Shown: one piece after another, positions 1 to 28,995 of the stretch
How the letters are laid out: each line of letters begins with the position of its first letter
How positions within the stretch are numbered: position 1 is the first letter of the stretch
DNA from: Hormiphora californensis
Lineage: Eukaryota; Animalia; Ctenophora
Assembly: GCA_020137815.1 (NCBI GenBank)
Contig: CM035351.1
Location: 3,844,001 to 3,908,000 of the forward strand
Reading direction: 5' to 3'
DNA: 64,000 nt
Notes under the pieces: model-generated
Seen by the model: the letters and a program-made list of their open reading frames with translations, nothing else
The model's database searches: none
What the model was told of the DNA's origin: nothing
Made by a program: the position numbers and the translations under genes

Positions 1-3000
1 CTTCATCCTGCTCTTCCGAATCCTGTGCGGAGAATGGATTGAGTTGTTGTACGAGACGCTCAAGGCCACGGGACAATATTACCCTGTTATCTTCTATCTT
101 GGATCCCTTGTTCTCGGTAACTTCCTCGTTCTCAACCTGTTTCTTGCGCTCCTCCTCAATGCGTTCGGGGAGGAATCTATCAAGGAGAAGAGCGGGGCAA
201 CCGTGGACTCGGACGATGGGAAGCTCAGTTTATCCACCAAGATCAAGAATAAACTGTTCAACTTACGGAAGAAGAAACATCGCCTCGCCTCTGAGATTAG
301 GATGTCGTCTCTGGCGCTCGGTCCTTCTGACCAGATGAGATCACCGTGTCGGCCGAATGGGAACCCCTCAGATATGGAGGACCAAAGCAACAATAACAAT
401 AACAACAACAATAATAACAACAATAACAATAACAACAAGCCCGATCACGATGAATGTAAGTTGCACCCCATCTGTTATATAGCACCCATTTATCCCCCTC
501 TTGTAAAACAACCCTCCTTATTACCAGTCTTCCAAACCCCCTCCCCCTTCAGATATGTCCAGTATTGATGAACACGAGGACAGGGACAAATACAGCTGTG
601 ACGATTGTTGTCAATGTTGCATGATCTGCTGTCGGCCCTTCTGTGTCTGTTGCTCACGATTCCGAGCGGGAGTCAGGAGGGTTGTGGAACACCGTGCCTT
701 CGAGTGGACCATTCTGTTCCTGATTATGGCCTCCAGTCTTACCCTTGCTTTTGAGGACGTCACGCTGGAGAAATCGCCCGTCCGGAAACAGATTGTCACG
801 ATTCTGAACATCTTCTACGTGGTCGTCTTCACCATTGAAATGTGTCTGAAGTTGTTTGCCTTCGGAGTTTTCACCTACTTTGAGTCAGCATGGCATTGGA
901 TCGATTCTCTTGTCGTGGGGGTAAGTAAATTTTGACATGATTTTGTAAGTCCGTTAATCATATCGTTGTACAGTCGGACCCCGATTTAGGGCCCCCCGAT
1001 TTAGTGGCACCCCGATTTAGGGACAGCATTTTTTTTCCCCGATATAGGAAATTAACCTTATTTGACCCCGATTTAGTGGACACCCCGATTTAGTGGACAA
1101 GCGCCTTTCCCCCGAGGGTGTCCCTAAATCGGGGTCCGACTGTAATTACTAGTTGGTAACACTACTTTCCTTTTTTAGATTTCCATCGTCAGTCAAGTGG
1201 TAACTAATGTCGGTGTGGGAGGACTAAAGGCCATTCGAGCCCTTAGGGCCCTTCGACCCCTCAGGGCTATCTCACAGTGGGAAGGAATGCGTCTCTCCGT
1301 CAACGCTCTCATCTCCTCCATCCCCTCTTTCGGAAATGTCTCCCTTGTGTGTCTTGTTCTTTGGCTAGTTTTCTGGTGAGTTTAAATCCCAACTACAAAT
1401 TACGATTGCTGTCCCCATCCCCATTTTATTAATTTGACCTCAATCGCAGTATTCTGGGAGTGCAATTCTTTGGTGATAAGTTCTACAAGTGTATCCACAA
1501 TGGGGAGAAGGTGAACGCTAACGATGTCAAAAATAAGACCGTGTGTATCCAGTTGTATGGGGTTGAGGCTTGGCAAAACTCCAAGATTAACTTTGATAAC
1601 ACCGTCATGGCTTTCTTTGCCCTCTACCAAGTGGTATGTAGTTTAGTTAGAGAGTTAGTTAGAGAGTTCCCTAAATTTGGCCTATTCTTCCCCCGCACGT
1701 GGTACCCCTTGAATCCTAACACCCTCCCTCTCTCTTTCCCCACTTCATTCACCAACACAATATGACTCTCCCACTAGGCCACATTTGAAGGTTGGATGGA
1801 GGTGATGGAGGATGCGGTGGACTCTGTTGGTGTGGATCAACAACCATCATTTGAAAACACCTTCACAGCATACATTTTCTTCCTTATATTCATCTTTGTG
1901 GGATCATTCTTCACCCTCAATCTTCTGGTGGGAGTCATCATTGATAACTTCAACCGACTTAAAAAGGAGGTTAGTGCCGCTTCAATTTTTAGTTTTTTGT
2001 GAGGGTGGGCGATAAAATATTTATTTCTGACGTGTGTTATTTTCTCTCTAGTACGAGGAGAAAGGTCAGCTGGGAGTTTTGCTGACGCCCGCTCAGCGTC
2101 GTTGGATGTCCACATTCCGTAAGATGGCAAAAACGAAGCCCATCCGGATGGTGACACGTCCCAAGAACAAGTTCATGAAGTTCTGCTACGACATGTCGGA
2201 GAACCAGAAGTTTGAGGTGGTTATCACCATTATCATTCTGCTTAACATGGTCCAAATGAGCATGGAACACGACAACGCCAAACCCGAGTTTGAGGAGGCC
2301 ATGTTGATCGCAAATTTTGTCTTTAGCATCATCTACACGCTGGAGGCAATTTTGAAAATTATCGGAACCCGAAAATTCTACTTCTATAAATCGTGGAACA
2401 TTTTTGATTTTGTCATTGTCGTATTCGCCTGGTTGGGTATCGCCATGGACAAAATCCTGCAAAACAGTGTTATTGACCCCTCTATATTGCGGAGTTTCCG
2501 TGTGTTCAGAGTGGCCCGAATCCTCCGAATTATACAGATGGCTAAGGGTATCAGGAGGCTCCTTTACACGCTCATCTGCTCCCTTCCTGCTCTTATCAAC
2601 ATCGGGACTCTTCTCCTTCTTATTATCTATATCTACGCTGTTGTGGGTGTGGCCATGTTCGGTTACGTTCGACGCCAGGGCATTCTCAATGACCAGGTAG
2701 GGAAATTACCCCCCCCCCCCCTCTCTCTTCCAATTACCCCTCTTAGACTGGGATGTTATGGATTAGTTCGTAACTAATTATTGTAGGATTCTTGTATATC
2801 TGATTTCCTGTACTATACATATCTCTAACACCCTTTCTCTCTCTCCAGGTGAACTTCGAACAGACACCCGCGGCTATAGTCCTGATGACCCGGTTAGCAA
2901 CCTCGGCCGGATGGAACGACGTCCTCGACGCCATCATGGTCAGCCCACCTGACTGTGATCCAAACCTTTACGAGGCGGCGGGCATGTCCGGGGACTGTGG

Positions 3001-3610
3001 TTTCGGGGGATTTGCCATCGCCTACTTCTCTTCCTTCGTATTGATCGCCTTCCTTATTATGATTAACATGTATATCGCGGTTATCCTAGACAATTTCAGC
3101 GAAGCCCAACAGCAAGATGAGATCGGTATCGATGAGGATGATATTAATCTCTTCTATGAAAAATGGAAGGTCTTCGACCCCAAGGCGACACAGTTTTTGA
3201 ACGTTAGCAAGTTACGAGATTTGGTGGGTCAATTATCGTTGCCCCTGGGTATTCAGAACGTCACGGAAGATGACATCCTTCAACTGGACATCCCTCTGTA
3301 TCCGGGAGATCGTGCCCATTGTATTGACGTCCTCCAGGCTCTCATTTCACGGACTCTAGGCCCTAACAACAACCCAGAGGAGTTCGATATGATCAAAGAA
3401 CTCATGGCTGAGAGCTTCAGGGCTGCTTTCCCAACACTGGCGGCCGAGGTCGTTGAAACAACTACAAAACAGCGGCTCAGAGAAATCCGGGCGGCCATTG
3501 TGCTACAGAAAGCGTTCCGGCGATTCAAAAACTATAAACGCACCGAGGCTATGGATAATGTCCAAAACAACGTAGCTTCACCCGACTCACAGCGGCATAT
3601 AAAGGTGTAA
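1..3610 (+). CDS. Voltage-gated sodium channel alpha subunit, Nav2-type (partial: DII pore to C-terminus). Exons <1-455, 553-920, 1179-1375, 1450-1633, 1778-1969, 2052-2696, 2849-3610
   Basis: Spliced translation (GT-AG, phases consistent) gives DII pore [15 protein letters not shown]4 [20 protein letters not shown] pore QVATFEGW, DIV S4 [18 protein letters not shown] pore [10 protein letters not shown]-like C-terminus and IQ motif [13 protein letters not shown]. Confidence 0.96.
388..437 (+). repeat. (AAC/AAT)n microsatellite coding poly-Asn in the channel DII-DIII linker
   Basis: Run of AAC/AAT codons inside the first visible exon, upstream of the donor at 456. Confidence 0.85.
971..1142. 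mobile_element. Tc1/mariner-pogo-type MITE (172 bp), TIR CAGTCGGACCCCGATTTAGGG, TA TSD, in a Nav intron
   Basis: Terminal inverted repeats flanked by TA on both sides; internal CCCCGATTTAG repeats; near-identical inverted copy at 51723-51894. Confidence 0.9.
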
Positions 3611-4090
3611 AGCAGTCTGTGTGTGTGATCGGTTAGTGTGTGAGTGTGTGCGTGTGTGTGAGTGAGTGTGAGTGTGTGAGTGTGTGGGTAATACACGAGA
3701 GAGAATGAGAGAAAGAGAGAGAGCTTAGCGATACCGGGCGACGACAAACCTGTGCGATACACTCTGAGCTATACAAAATGAGGATGAGATCTGACCGTAG
3801 TGGGATCAAAGTACGCTGCTAGTACGTTTTGAACTTCATACAACACCCTCAGTTTTCAGTCTAGCAGTGACTTTGATCTCCTATATCGAGTCTCCATCTG
3901 AACCTGTTAGTGTTAGCCGTTCTCTTTTCACCGATCATCTTTTTTTCTTTTTCTCTGTCAGAAGTTTTAATATTATACACGTATATCTCTACCGCAAAGC
4001 AAAGGCTGGATTTTTGTGTTTTTAATTCCAAAGTGAACTTCCTTGGCCTTCGTTTAGTTGGCTGTTTCATTTCCCTAACATGAAAAAGAG

Positions 4091-4194
<104 letters not shown>

Positions 4195-4884
4195 CCTACA
4201 CTAATACATAAATCTTCTATCTAATTCTGCACCATTGTAATATCAACTCAAAAGTGAAAGAGCACAAAATAAGAGGGAGAGAAAGAGACAAAGATGATAA
4301 GGAAGAGAGAAAGAGAAAGAAAGAATGTCGCCCCAGGATTTTGTAAGCTAACTTATTTCGCCCCAAGTGTAGGTTTCTACCGAAGATTTATGTTTTTTAA
4401 GAATTTTGTATGAAATTAACGTTTTTTAGTTTGTTTTACACAGTACCATTACCCACGGCCACCCCATAAATTCACTAAAACATATTGGTGGGAGGTGGGA
4501 AGGGGTCATATAAAAGATGATCAAATAAAACCAGCTATACGCCCTTGTTGAGTAAGTGACTCCTTACTCAATTGGCTCCATTGCAACCTATTCTCGCTCC
4601 GCGAAGAATATGTGAGATCGATCTCACTCAGGTATCAATATGGCCAACTTACTCAACAACTATGCCCTGATCTGGCTTTTTACCCAGGCCAAATACCCTG
4701 TCAACATAATAGGATGCCTGACAGCAAATACCGTATCATGACTTGGTATTCATGTACTAACTGTAGGCAAAGCATTTCGATTTTTACAAATTTAATTTTC
4801 AAATTTACAATTAATTAATTTCATTGTCCAAAATATACATCTACAAATGATTTCACTAGAATGTGAACTGTCTTACTGTCCTCT

Positions 4885-6054
4885 TTACAATAGAACTACT
4901 CCAACAATCAAACTGAAAAGAGTGATTCCAACTGTAGCCATGGAAACAGCACCCGATTTAACTTTGTCCGGGTCTTCGGTATTGTTGTTGTTGTTGTCCC
5001 CATCTCCTCCGTTGTTATCGGTGTTATTGTTATCAGTATTATCAGTGTTATCAGTGTTATCGGTATTGTTGTTATCGGTATTGTTGTTATCAGTGCTGGT
5101 GTCCAGGGGTGCGACTTGATTGGCGTATTGACCCTGGTAATTCCCGGGCGGGTAGTACTGACACACTACGTAGTAACTGTTCATCCCGTTCTTGACAAAT
5201 GTTGCGTAGCCACAATTCAACTGTTTGCTGTTCTTCCATACCACCTGGAGGGAAAGCAATGGATGAGGATCAAATCCGGCCTAAAATCCGGCCAGAATTG
5301 ATTTGGATTTAGATCAAATTTCATAGATCAAAAGTGACCAAAAATGAAAGTGGAACATCATCAAAAGTGATCAAAAATTTGGATCAAAACTGCCCTAAAT
5401 TCTTTGCTACAACCGGGAATATATCCAGCTTTTATAAATAGGTTTTTGGTAAATTTTTATTAAAAAAGCCAGATCAAAAGACGTGACTTGGCGTGGGAGG
5501 AGATTGGAGACATTATCCTTCCACGTCAAGCCACTTCTCGGAGAAATATAATAGATGGACTCTGTCTGGCGCCGCGGACCTCACTGTAAAATCGGGGTCT
5601 GGCACCGCCAGACAGGGTGGACTATAAGAAGGGTTGCCATAGCAATCCCCCCACAAACCTGTGTAAAATGTCCAGTTACTCCACCGGTAGATTTGCTGGT
5701 ATCAAAATCCCAGTTATCGATTTCATTGTACCACGCCTGTGTGGATCCCTCGTAGGCAGGAATTATGGTTGCCACGGTTCCAGTGGTCCCCGCCATTGCC
5801 AGATTCTCCCCGTAACTTCCCGAGCTGTGTTCCATGGCCTTGTTGGCCGCCATTGAGTCAGCCCATGACTGAGCGGTGAAAGTGACGTCATTGCCGCTCT
5901 CTCCATAGCACAGATCGGATGTACCCTCGTGCAGGGCTCTGAGGGCATTGTGCTTATCTAGAGCAGCTTGTTCTGCGGCAGTGAGGGAGCCTGTCTTGCA
6001 TACTGCGTAGGTAGTACCCAGGAAGAGGGATATAAGGAGTACTAGACGTGCCAT
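4885..6054 (-). CDS. Secreted, probably GPI-anchored CAP/SCP (PR-1/GAPR-like) domain protein, ~251 aa; exons 6054-5659 and 5244-4885
   Basis: Signal peptide MARLVLLISLFLGTTYA; CAP motifs HNALRALH, GENLA, GHFTQ|VVW, VVCQYYPPGN; Asp/Asn/Thr-rich linker; hydrophobic C-terminus; phase-0 GT-AG intron joins GHFTQ to VVWK. Confidence 0.92.
5562..5615. mobile_element. Tiny MITE (CTGTCTGGCG...CGCCAGACAG family)
   Basis: TIRs plus near-perfect 8-bp TSD GATGGACT/GGTGGACT; family also at 23709, 41109, ~35520-35885, ~41410-41453, ~59560-59612. Confidence 0.75.
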
Positions 6055-6928
6055 GATATCTGGAAGGGGGGGATATTTTTTAAAGTTTGGCACACACTAG
6101 ACCTAAGCCTATAGTAACCTGTCAAAGACAGAGCAAACTGTGACGATAGAACTAGACCAAAAGTTGTGGGTTAGTATGTACTGGGTTGTTATTGAACAAA
6201 GCACTATGTGGTAACCGGTAAATTGGTCTAGTGGTTACACACACACAATGACAATCAAAACAATGCCGATCTACAGAGCTATATGAAAGTAGCCCTGTAG
6301 CAAGGCAGGCTGAGATACCATCTCATTCTCCCAAAACAAACATGGAAGTGTGGTATAGCTGTGATATCATTGACACTTCCAACTTGCATGTATCATGGAG
6401 GGTGTGCTACTGCAGAACTGTGTACAGCCAAATAGCTGATATCACAGCTGTGATATCAGCTATTTGGCAGATACGAATTCTGGACAATTAGTAGATACGT
6501 CACCCAGTTAAACACATGGTAAATACACCCAATCACATTGCTCGTGCTACAAGAACATGTACTGTTCTACTCACTGGTACATTTAGAACATACCTCACCT
6601 GATAGATCAGATCCACTTGATAGATCATGTCCATTTGAGTTATCTAGCTAGCTCTAGGCTAGCATGTCAATCGAATTACAGTCGATCATCGTCACCATGC
6701 AAAAGCCCCGGAAGTGGCTCCATTCTCTCTCCGCTGACTTCTGCAGACATCTTTGTCTCGAAACAAATTTGTTCGTGACCATCTGAAATTCTGTACTTTG
6801 AGCGCGCGTGTTTAATTTGCGCGTTCGTATGCGCGGCGCGGTATAGCGCAATCACGAAAAATGTGGTCTCTCAAAATAAAAACTCGCGATTTTCAAAATT
6901 TTCCTGGTATAAAAAGTTCGGCCAGCGT

Positions 6929-7495
6929 TTGGAATGCGCTGCAGCCCCCTCATGCGCGCACCCCCGCAACGAGGGGACTGGAGGGAATGCCGCGCGCGCG
7001 TTTGGCCTGATCCCGGCTGGGTCGAAGATAACTTTGCGGTCGAAAAAACGGCGGTGCTTATAACTTTGGCTCCTGAAGTCCGTTTGACTTGATTCTTTCA
7101 CCAGTTGTTAGATCTGACGATTATCTACCTTGCTGTTTTTGAGAGAAGTTAATTGGACTTGAGGAGGCTGAGCAATAGCCGTTGAAAGATGGGTTGTTTT
7201 CAAAAAGTGACGTCACAGATTCTTGCAGGGACACCTTTTTTAAAATTTCATTCAAATTTTGATTTTACCGCACTCGATTTTGCGGAGTTTGGTTCATATC
7301 TCCTGTTCCTGATAAGATAGAGACCTAAAACCGGTTGCATTTGAAAGCTGTTATCTTCCTCTTTCCAACGCTACCAAAACGATTTCTGTACCTTATCTGG
7401 AACCGGAGATATGATTGATTATGTATTCCCCCCTAGCGCGGTATTCCCTCCAGGCCCCTTATTTTATATTATAAGGGGCCTGCAACGTATGCCAA
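6929..7495. mobile_element. Non-autonomous Mutator-like DNA transposon, imperfect TIR TTGG(A/C)AT(G/A)CG(C/T)TGCAG
   Basis: Ends are reverse complements; flanked by duplicated GCCAGCGT(T); both ends recur fused as a 65-bp element at 28032-28096. Confidence 0.75.
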
Positions 7496-7542
7496 GCCAG
7501 CGTTAAAATCTGGGTGTTTCGTGAGTGCTGACAAACGGTTTT

Positions 7543-7600
7543 TTAGGGTTAGGGCTAAAGTGGGGTTAGGGTTAGGGTTGGGGGTTTGGGTTGGGGTTAG
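7543..7600 (+). repeat. Degenerate interstitial TTAGGG-like repeat
   Basis: ttagggttagggct...ggggttagggttagggttgggggtttgggttggggttagg. Confidence 0.6.
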
Positions 7601-7912
7601 GCCTTGACATTCCCTACCAGATAAACTTTGAATCAGCCAAAACGGTTGAGTGGTTTGGCGGTTAGAGCCATTTTAGTGAATCAAATTTTTTGGCAGCGCG
7701 CACCTGTAAACAGGCCACCAAACACCCAGATCGTAACGGCGCCCAAAAAGTTCGGCGTGAGCTTGGTGTGCTCTTCCGGCTGAACTCTGAAGTCCCCTCA
7801 TGGCTCATACTCGCAGCATGGGGCCTGTAGCGTAAGCGTGAGCTGCCGTGGATGGGGTGAGGACATTGCCACTCTTCCTTGAAAATGTCGGGGCAGTGCC
7901 GCTTTAGAAGGC

Positions 7913-8944
7913 TTGTTAGTGGTGGGTGCGTTGCTTCAATCGACTGATTGAAACGGCGTCCTCCTAGCACTAACAATGCATAGGCCCAAAAGCGGGATAT
8001 AAATTATAATTGTATTTGTATTTGTATTTGTGCGCTGGCCGTGGCCCTGTCTAGACTCTATGTCTCACAAATACAAATACAAATACAATTATAATTTATA
8101 TCCCGCTTTTGGGCCTAGGGTAAACCGGGGCAAAATGGTTAACTTTTTACTTAATCGGTTCTCACTCCCATTTAAAAAAAGATACAATGAAAAAAATTAT
8201 ATAGGATTAAAGTTCATTATTTTATCTTTCAAATAAGATAAATTTCAACTCTAGGGACCATCATTTACTTAACTAAATAACTAATTTAAAAATTTTGGTC
8301 GGAAAAAATGGTACCGGGGCAATTCGAACAACACCAATAGGAGCGCTTTATTTCGTCACGTGGGAGTCACGTGAACGTCCTCACAACACCAGAAGAAGAT
8401 TCCCGCGTGGTGTTGTTAGAGGTGGGGGCAATTCGAACAATGTAATCTACACGCAATCTACACGCTGGTGGTTCTTGCTCGAATTGCCCCGGTATCACGC
8501 GTGATCACGTGGTACAAAGAACTGCACATCATTGGCCCGGGTGTTAACCAAATTGCCCCTGTTCGAATTGCCCCGGTTGTTCGAATTGCCCCGGTAATCT
8601 TAATTTACCAGAATTTGGAATGAAAACATGCGAATATTTAAATAATTTTTATACCATCTGAAAGCTGATATTATTAGCTTTCAGCTGGTTTTTTCAAATC
8701 GGAAATTGACCAACTTAAACCGGATCTAGAGCCTATTTAGTGGTAACGGGCAGGCTCGAACGAGCAGTTTTCTTCTGGAGATAGGATGACGTCATTATGA
8801 TAGCTTAACTAGGTGAGAGACGGGCAGTACATTGTTCGAATTGCCCCGGTTGTTCGAATTGCCCCGGTTTACCCTATGCATTGTTAGTGCTAGGAGGACG
8901 CCGTTTCAATTAGTCGATTGAAGCAACGCACCCACCACTAACAA
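7913..8944. mobile_element. Foldback/palindromic element (~120-bp arms, 33-bp spacer) interrupted in its right arm by the 8118-8874 element
   Basis: 7913-8032 is the reverse complement of 8066-8117 plus 8877-8944. Confidence 0.85.
8118..8874. mobile_element. Non-autonomous TIR element, TIR GGGTAAACCGGGGCAA, TA TSD, internal TTCGAATTGCCCCGG repeats
   Basis: TIRs, TA duplicated relative to the intact opposite arm of the host palindrome; second copy 42682-43460. Confidence 0.9.
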
Positions 8945-9792
8945 TTGGTCAATGGTCACTGAGCACACTTAACACTATGTAGAATTATGGGGAATGGATA
9001 CAGATCTTGTTCAGGAAGTGGGAGACTTTGAACTTTGAAACTCGGGAGCTGAAACCTTTGCAGCCTCCCTCCGCTCGAACTCCGAAGATCGTAACTGATT
9101 ACTGAGTGAATTGTGAGGGCCATCTTTCGAGATAAAATTAGTTTGAGATATTCTAAGGGGGTACATGATAGTATGATAAAATTTCCATACCTGCCAAACG
9201 ATGCCTCAAACTCTCAAATCAGTAGTATGCATTTTCTCTCTCAGAATGAATGTGCAATTATCGAAGTATTAACAAGTTCGCATTACACTTGTTAATCTCC
9301 CGCCTCCAAAGGCACGTGTCCATGCAACGACGGTTAATTTGTTTTCAAAGTAATAATAATGTTTAGGTTCCTTATTGTTTCCTTGACCCATATTATGTTC
9401 TCTATCTTTCTATCTCTCCATTCTCTCTCCCTCCCTCTCTTAGCGCCGTCCTTCTACCTATATCCACCTCAATCTCCTTCTCTCTATCTCGATCTACTTC
9501 TCTCTATCTCGATCTCTTTCTCTCTATCTCAGCTCCCTCTCTCTATCTCAGCTCCCTCTTTCTGCATACTATGCATTCTGTTTTGCGTGAGTGGCCATGA
9601 TTTGTTTAACGATCGTCACACGTACACCGTGAAGCTTGGCGTTCCCTCAGAAAAACTGAGAGCTGTAGTGTGTTTTATCTTTATCAAATTACAGGTCCGG
9701 CCTCCCCCGCCCATGTATGCAATGGTCCAGGTGTAATTCCTCATAAACTGGTACTTCTACTCCCATTTACCACCCCTCTTTATGTTATAGTG

Positions 9793-26280
<16,488 letters not shown>

Positions 26281-26320
26281 CTCACTGTTCATATCAGTCA
26301 AATTTTTAGCGTCATTTACA

Positions 26321-27144
26321 GGGGGGGGGCCAACGAATTTTTTATATATTTCCTTAATTTTGGAATTTTTTATATATATATAAAAATATATAAAAATATA
26401 TAAAAATATATAAAAATATATAAAAATATATAAATAATATATAAAAATATATAAAAATATATAAAAATATATAAAATAAACCCTTTTTTCACCCCTTTTA
26501 CTTTCAAAAAAGGGGATAATTTCCATCTATTGTTCACTTGAATATGTTTCATAGAGTTAATTTAAGTGTTTGAGAGGGTGATAAGCTGTTTTACATAATT
26601 GAGAATGTGTTCAAAAGTGAATTATGCACTGTCAAAAGTAGAACTGGTGAAGAGAGGTTCCGGCCTAATAATATCTACCAGTTTTGGTGTGATTTCAATC
26701 ATTTTTTGTATGTTGATCCGTGCAGATGTACTAGAACTGGTCAAGAGAGGTTGGGATCGCGAAACTAAAAAACAAATCATTTTTGACGTCATTTTGACGT
26801 CATGACGTTATTGACGCGACGTCACGATGTTACAAACGTCACATTGATGACGGAAAATCATCAGGATTATCTAGATGAAGATGCTGACCAAGTTTGAGAT
26901 CAATTGAATGATATTTGATCCCGCTATGGCGAAAAACAGCTTTCTGTTTTCACACTTTCGGCACAATTTTTTATATATTTTTATATATTTTTTATATATT
27001 TTTATATATTTTTATATATTCATATGTATTTTTATATATTTTTATATATTTTATATATATATAAAAAATTATGTTTTTTTTTTTCAAAAAAAAGGTATAT
27101 AAAATATATAAAAATATATAAAAAATGAGCGTTGGCCCCCCCCC
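26321..27144. mobile_element. TIR element with G9CCAACG termini, subterminal AAAAATATAT arrays, 8-bp TSD CATTTACA, 40 nt after the CLUH stop
   Basis: Exact TSD at 26313-26320 and 27145-27152; mirror-image AT-rich arrays at both ends. Confidence 0.85.
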
Positions 27145-28031
27145 CATTTACATATAACACCTAATTTATTACAAACTCAATTGACGATTTTTACCAGCTG
27201 AGAATGGAGTCAATGTAATTTCTAGTTTTGTATATCGATAGATCGTTGGATATAATTGAGTGTGTTTAGGTAGTTATGGTGTTTTCTCACATCTGCCTGA
27301 CCTTCAATATAATACACTAAACCACTTTTATTGTAGTTCCAATAATTGGATGGAGAATATATTGTGATTTTTAGAGTGGAACCCGGTTTATAATGTATAC
27401 CCACGCACACACTAACTAGTTTGAAATTAGTTATTAACTTTTGTATCGAATGAGTTATGAGCCCCTAATGTGTATGTTCTTCCTCTATATTAGGTTATTG
27501 TTATTGATCGAATGGTGTGAGTTGGTTTGGGCTGTTTAGTTGTCCATTTTGTGCCAATTTATATCAGAATTAGGCAAGGCTTTCCCGTTTTTTTGGGTGT
27601 TTTTGAAAATCGATGTTTGTTATGGACACCGTATGCATTGTCTATCAGTGTCTTGATCTGGGTCACCTCTCCAGCAGAGGTGATGATACTGTTCTTAGCT
27701 ACTTGTAGCTTCCGAGTGTGAAAAGTTGTGTGAGTGTATCTTATCATTTTTCGTGTACCCTCTCTCTCGAGTCTTAACTTATTACCCCCATGAATATAAT
27801 GGTTGTGTTTTAGTTTGTTTTGGGAGTCCCATTTCCCGATGAAAATGTGGCATGAAGATCGTAGTTTCAAGCTGTGAAACTGAAACCAGTATCTTGGAAA
27901 ACGCGCATTTATTTCAAATACACTGCCTCTTGAAACGCGCGTTAAGATGCGCGCCGCGCAGTTATTTGAAAATCGTAGTTTCAGCTCAAAACATTTTCCT
28001 TCCTTTTTTTAAATGAGCGAAACATTTCTCG

Positions 28032-28096
28032 TTGGAATGCGCTGCAGCCCCCTCATGCGCGCACCCCCGCAACGAGGGGCCTGCAACGTATGCCAA
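28032..28096. mobile_element. 65-bp internally deleted derivative of the 6929-7495 element, 9-bp TSD CATTTCTCG
   Basis: Left part matches 6929-6977, right part matches 7474-7495, joined at AGGGG; TSD 28023-28031 / 28097-28105. Confidence 0.85.
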
Positions 28097-28189
28097 CATT
28101 TCTCGTTTTCTTTATTTTCAGTTTTTACTTGCCTGAACCACTTGATGATGAAAAACACCCATTGATTTATCCTTTTGACTATTTAGGTG

Positions 28190-28869
28190 ATGTGGAAGGG
28201 CAAAAACTCGTTTGGAATCGTCGGAAAAGACGGGGAAGTTAACTTTTCAAAGCTTGAGAGACAGATTGATACCGCTGTTGCGGCAGATGAGCGTTACTGG
28301 ACCCAAAATCAGGCGAAAATCCGAGCAGTTACCAACAAAGTTGCCTCCTACGAAGAATTTGAAGAAATTGTGAAAGCTAGCCACCTGAAGCCGTTGGAAA
28401 AGGGCGATCGGATTAGTGACATGGACGTGTTTACTCAGCCATGGAATGTAGCGTCTTCCAAAGATAATTACTCTTTACAGAACCAGCACAATCAGACCTC
28501 AGTACCAGTTCTCTGAAAACCCTGACTCAATTCAACCGAGAGTGGAGAAAAGGAAAACAACCCTCCGATCGATTTCAGTTACTACTATCGATGGCAGAAG
28601 TAGACGTTCTTCGAGTTTTTCATGCTGAGATTGGACTTGGTCTTCTCGGTGAAATTATCGAAGTTATTCAAATTTGTTTCAGTGAAGATCAAACGGAAAA
28701 AGTTTGTGAACTTTTGACGGCTTTACCAAAGTGTGGGCGATTTGATTTGTCTCTTAATTTCCTGTCTCAGAAAGAGAAACTTGCCCTCAAATCCGTTTTG
28801 GACAGTGTTTCCTCTTATCTAGGCCCTGAGAAAGTAGCTGAACTATCTACTCTATACCAACTCATTTGA
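28190..28869 (+). CDS. CCDC103: Dynein axonemal assembly factor CCDC103 (DNAAF19), intronless, one frameshift at ~28468-28513
   Basis: N-terminal ADERYWTQNQAKIRAV...SYEEFEEIVKASHLKPL (dynein attachment factor N) and, in the next frame, QFNREWRK...FHAEIGLGLLGEII...GRFDLSLNFLS (RPAP3_C-like). Confidence 0.9.
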
Positions 28870-28995
28870 GTGTTTTCAATGTTTTTTGACTGTGTGTTCC
28901 CTGATTGTTCTGATTTATTTTAAAACGAATCCCAAACTTTTTTCCATCGATAACATCTCTAAAAACGCCATTTTCCTCTCTGAAGCTCAGAAACC

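Noticed and set aside
7543-7600. True telomere
   Set aside because: Short, degenerate and internal, next to transposon remnants.
8295-8504. Duplicated 69-aa ORF (also 42859-43068) as a gene or transposase
   Set aside because: Inside two copies of a non-autonomous element; no transposase motifs.
28448-28502. Micro-intron or programmed frameshift in CCDC103
   Set aside because: The best GT-AG pair (33 nt) does not restore frame, no clear slippery heptamer, and similar indels occur in several genes.
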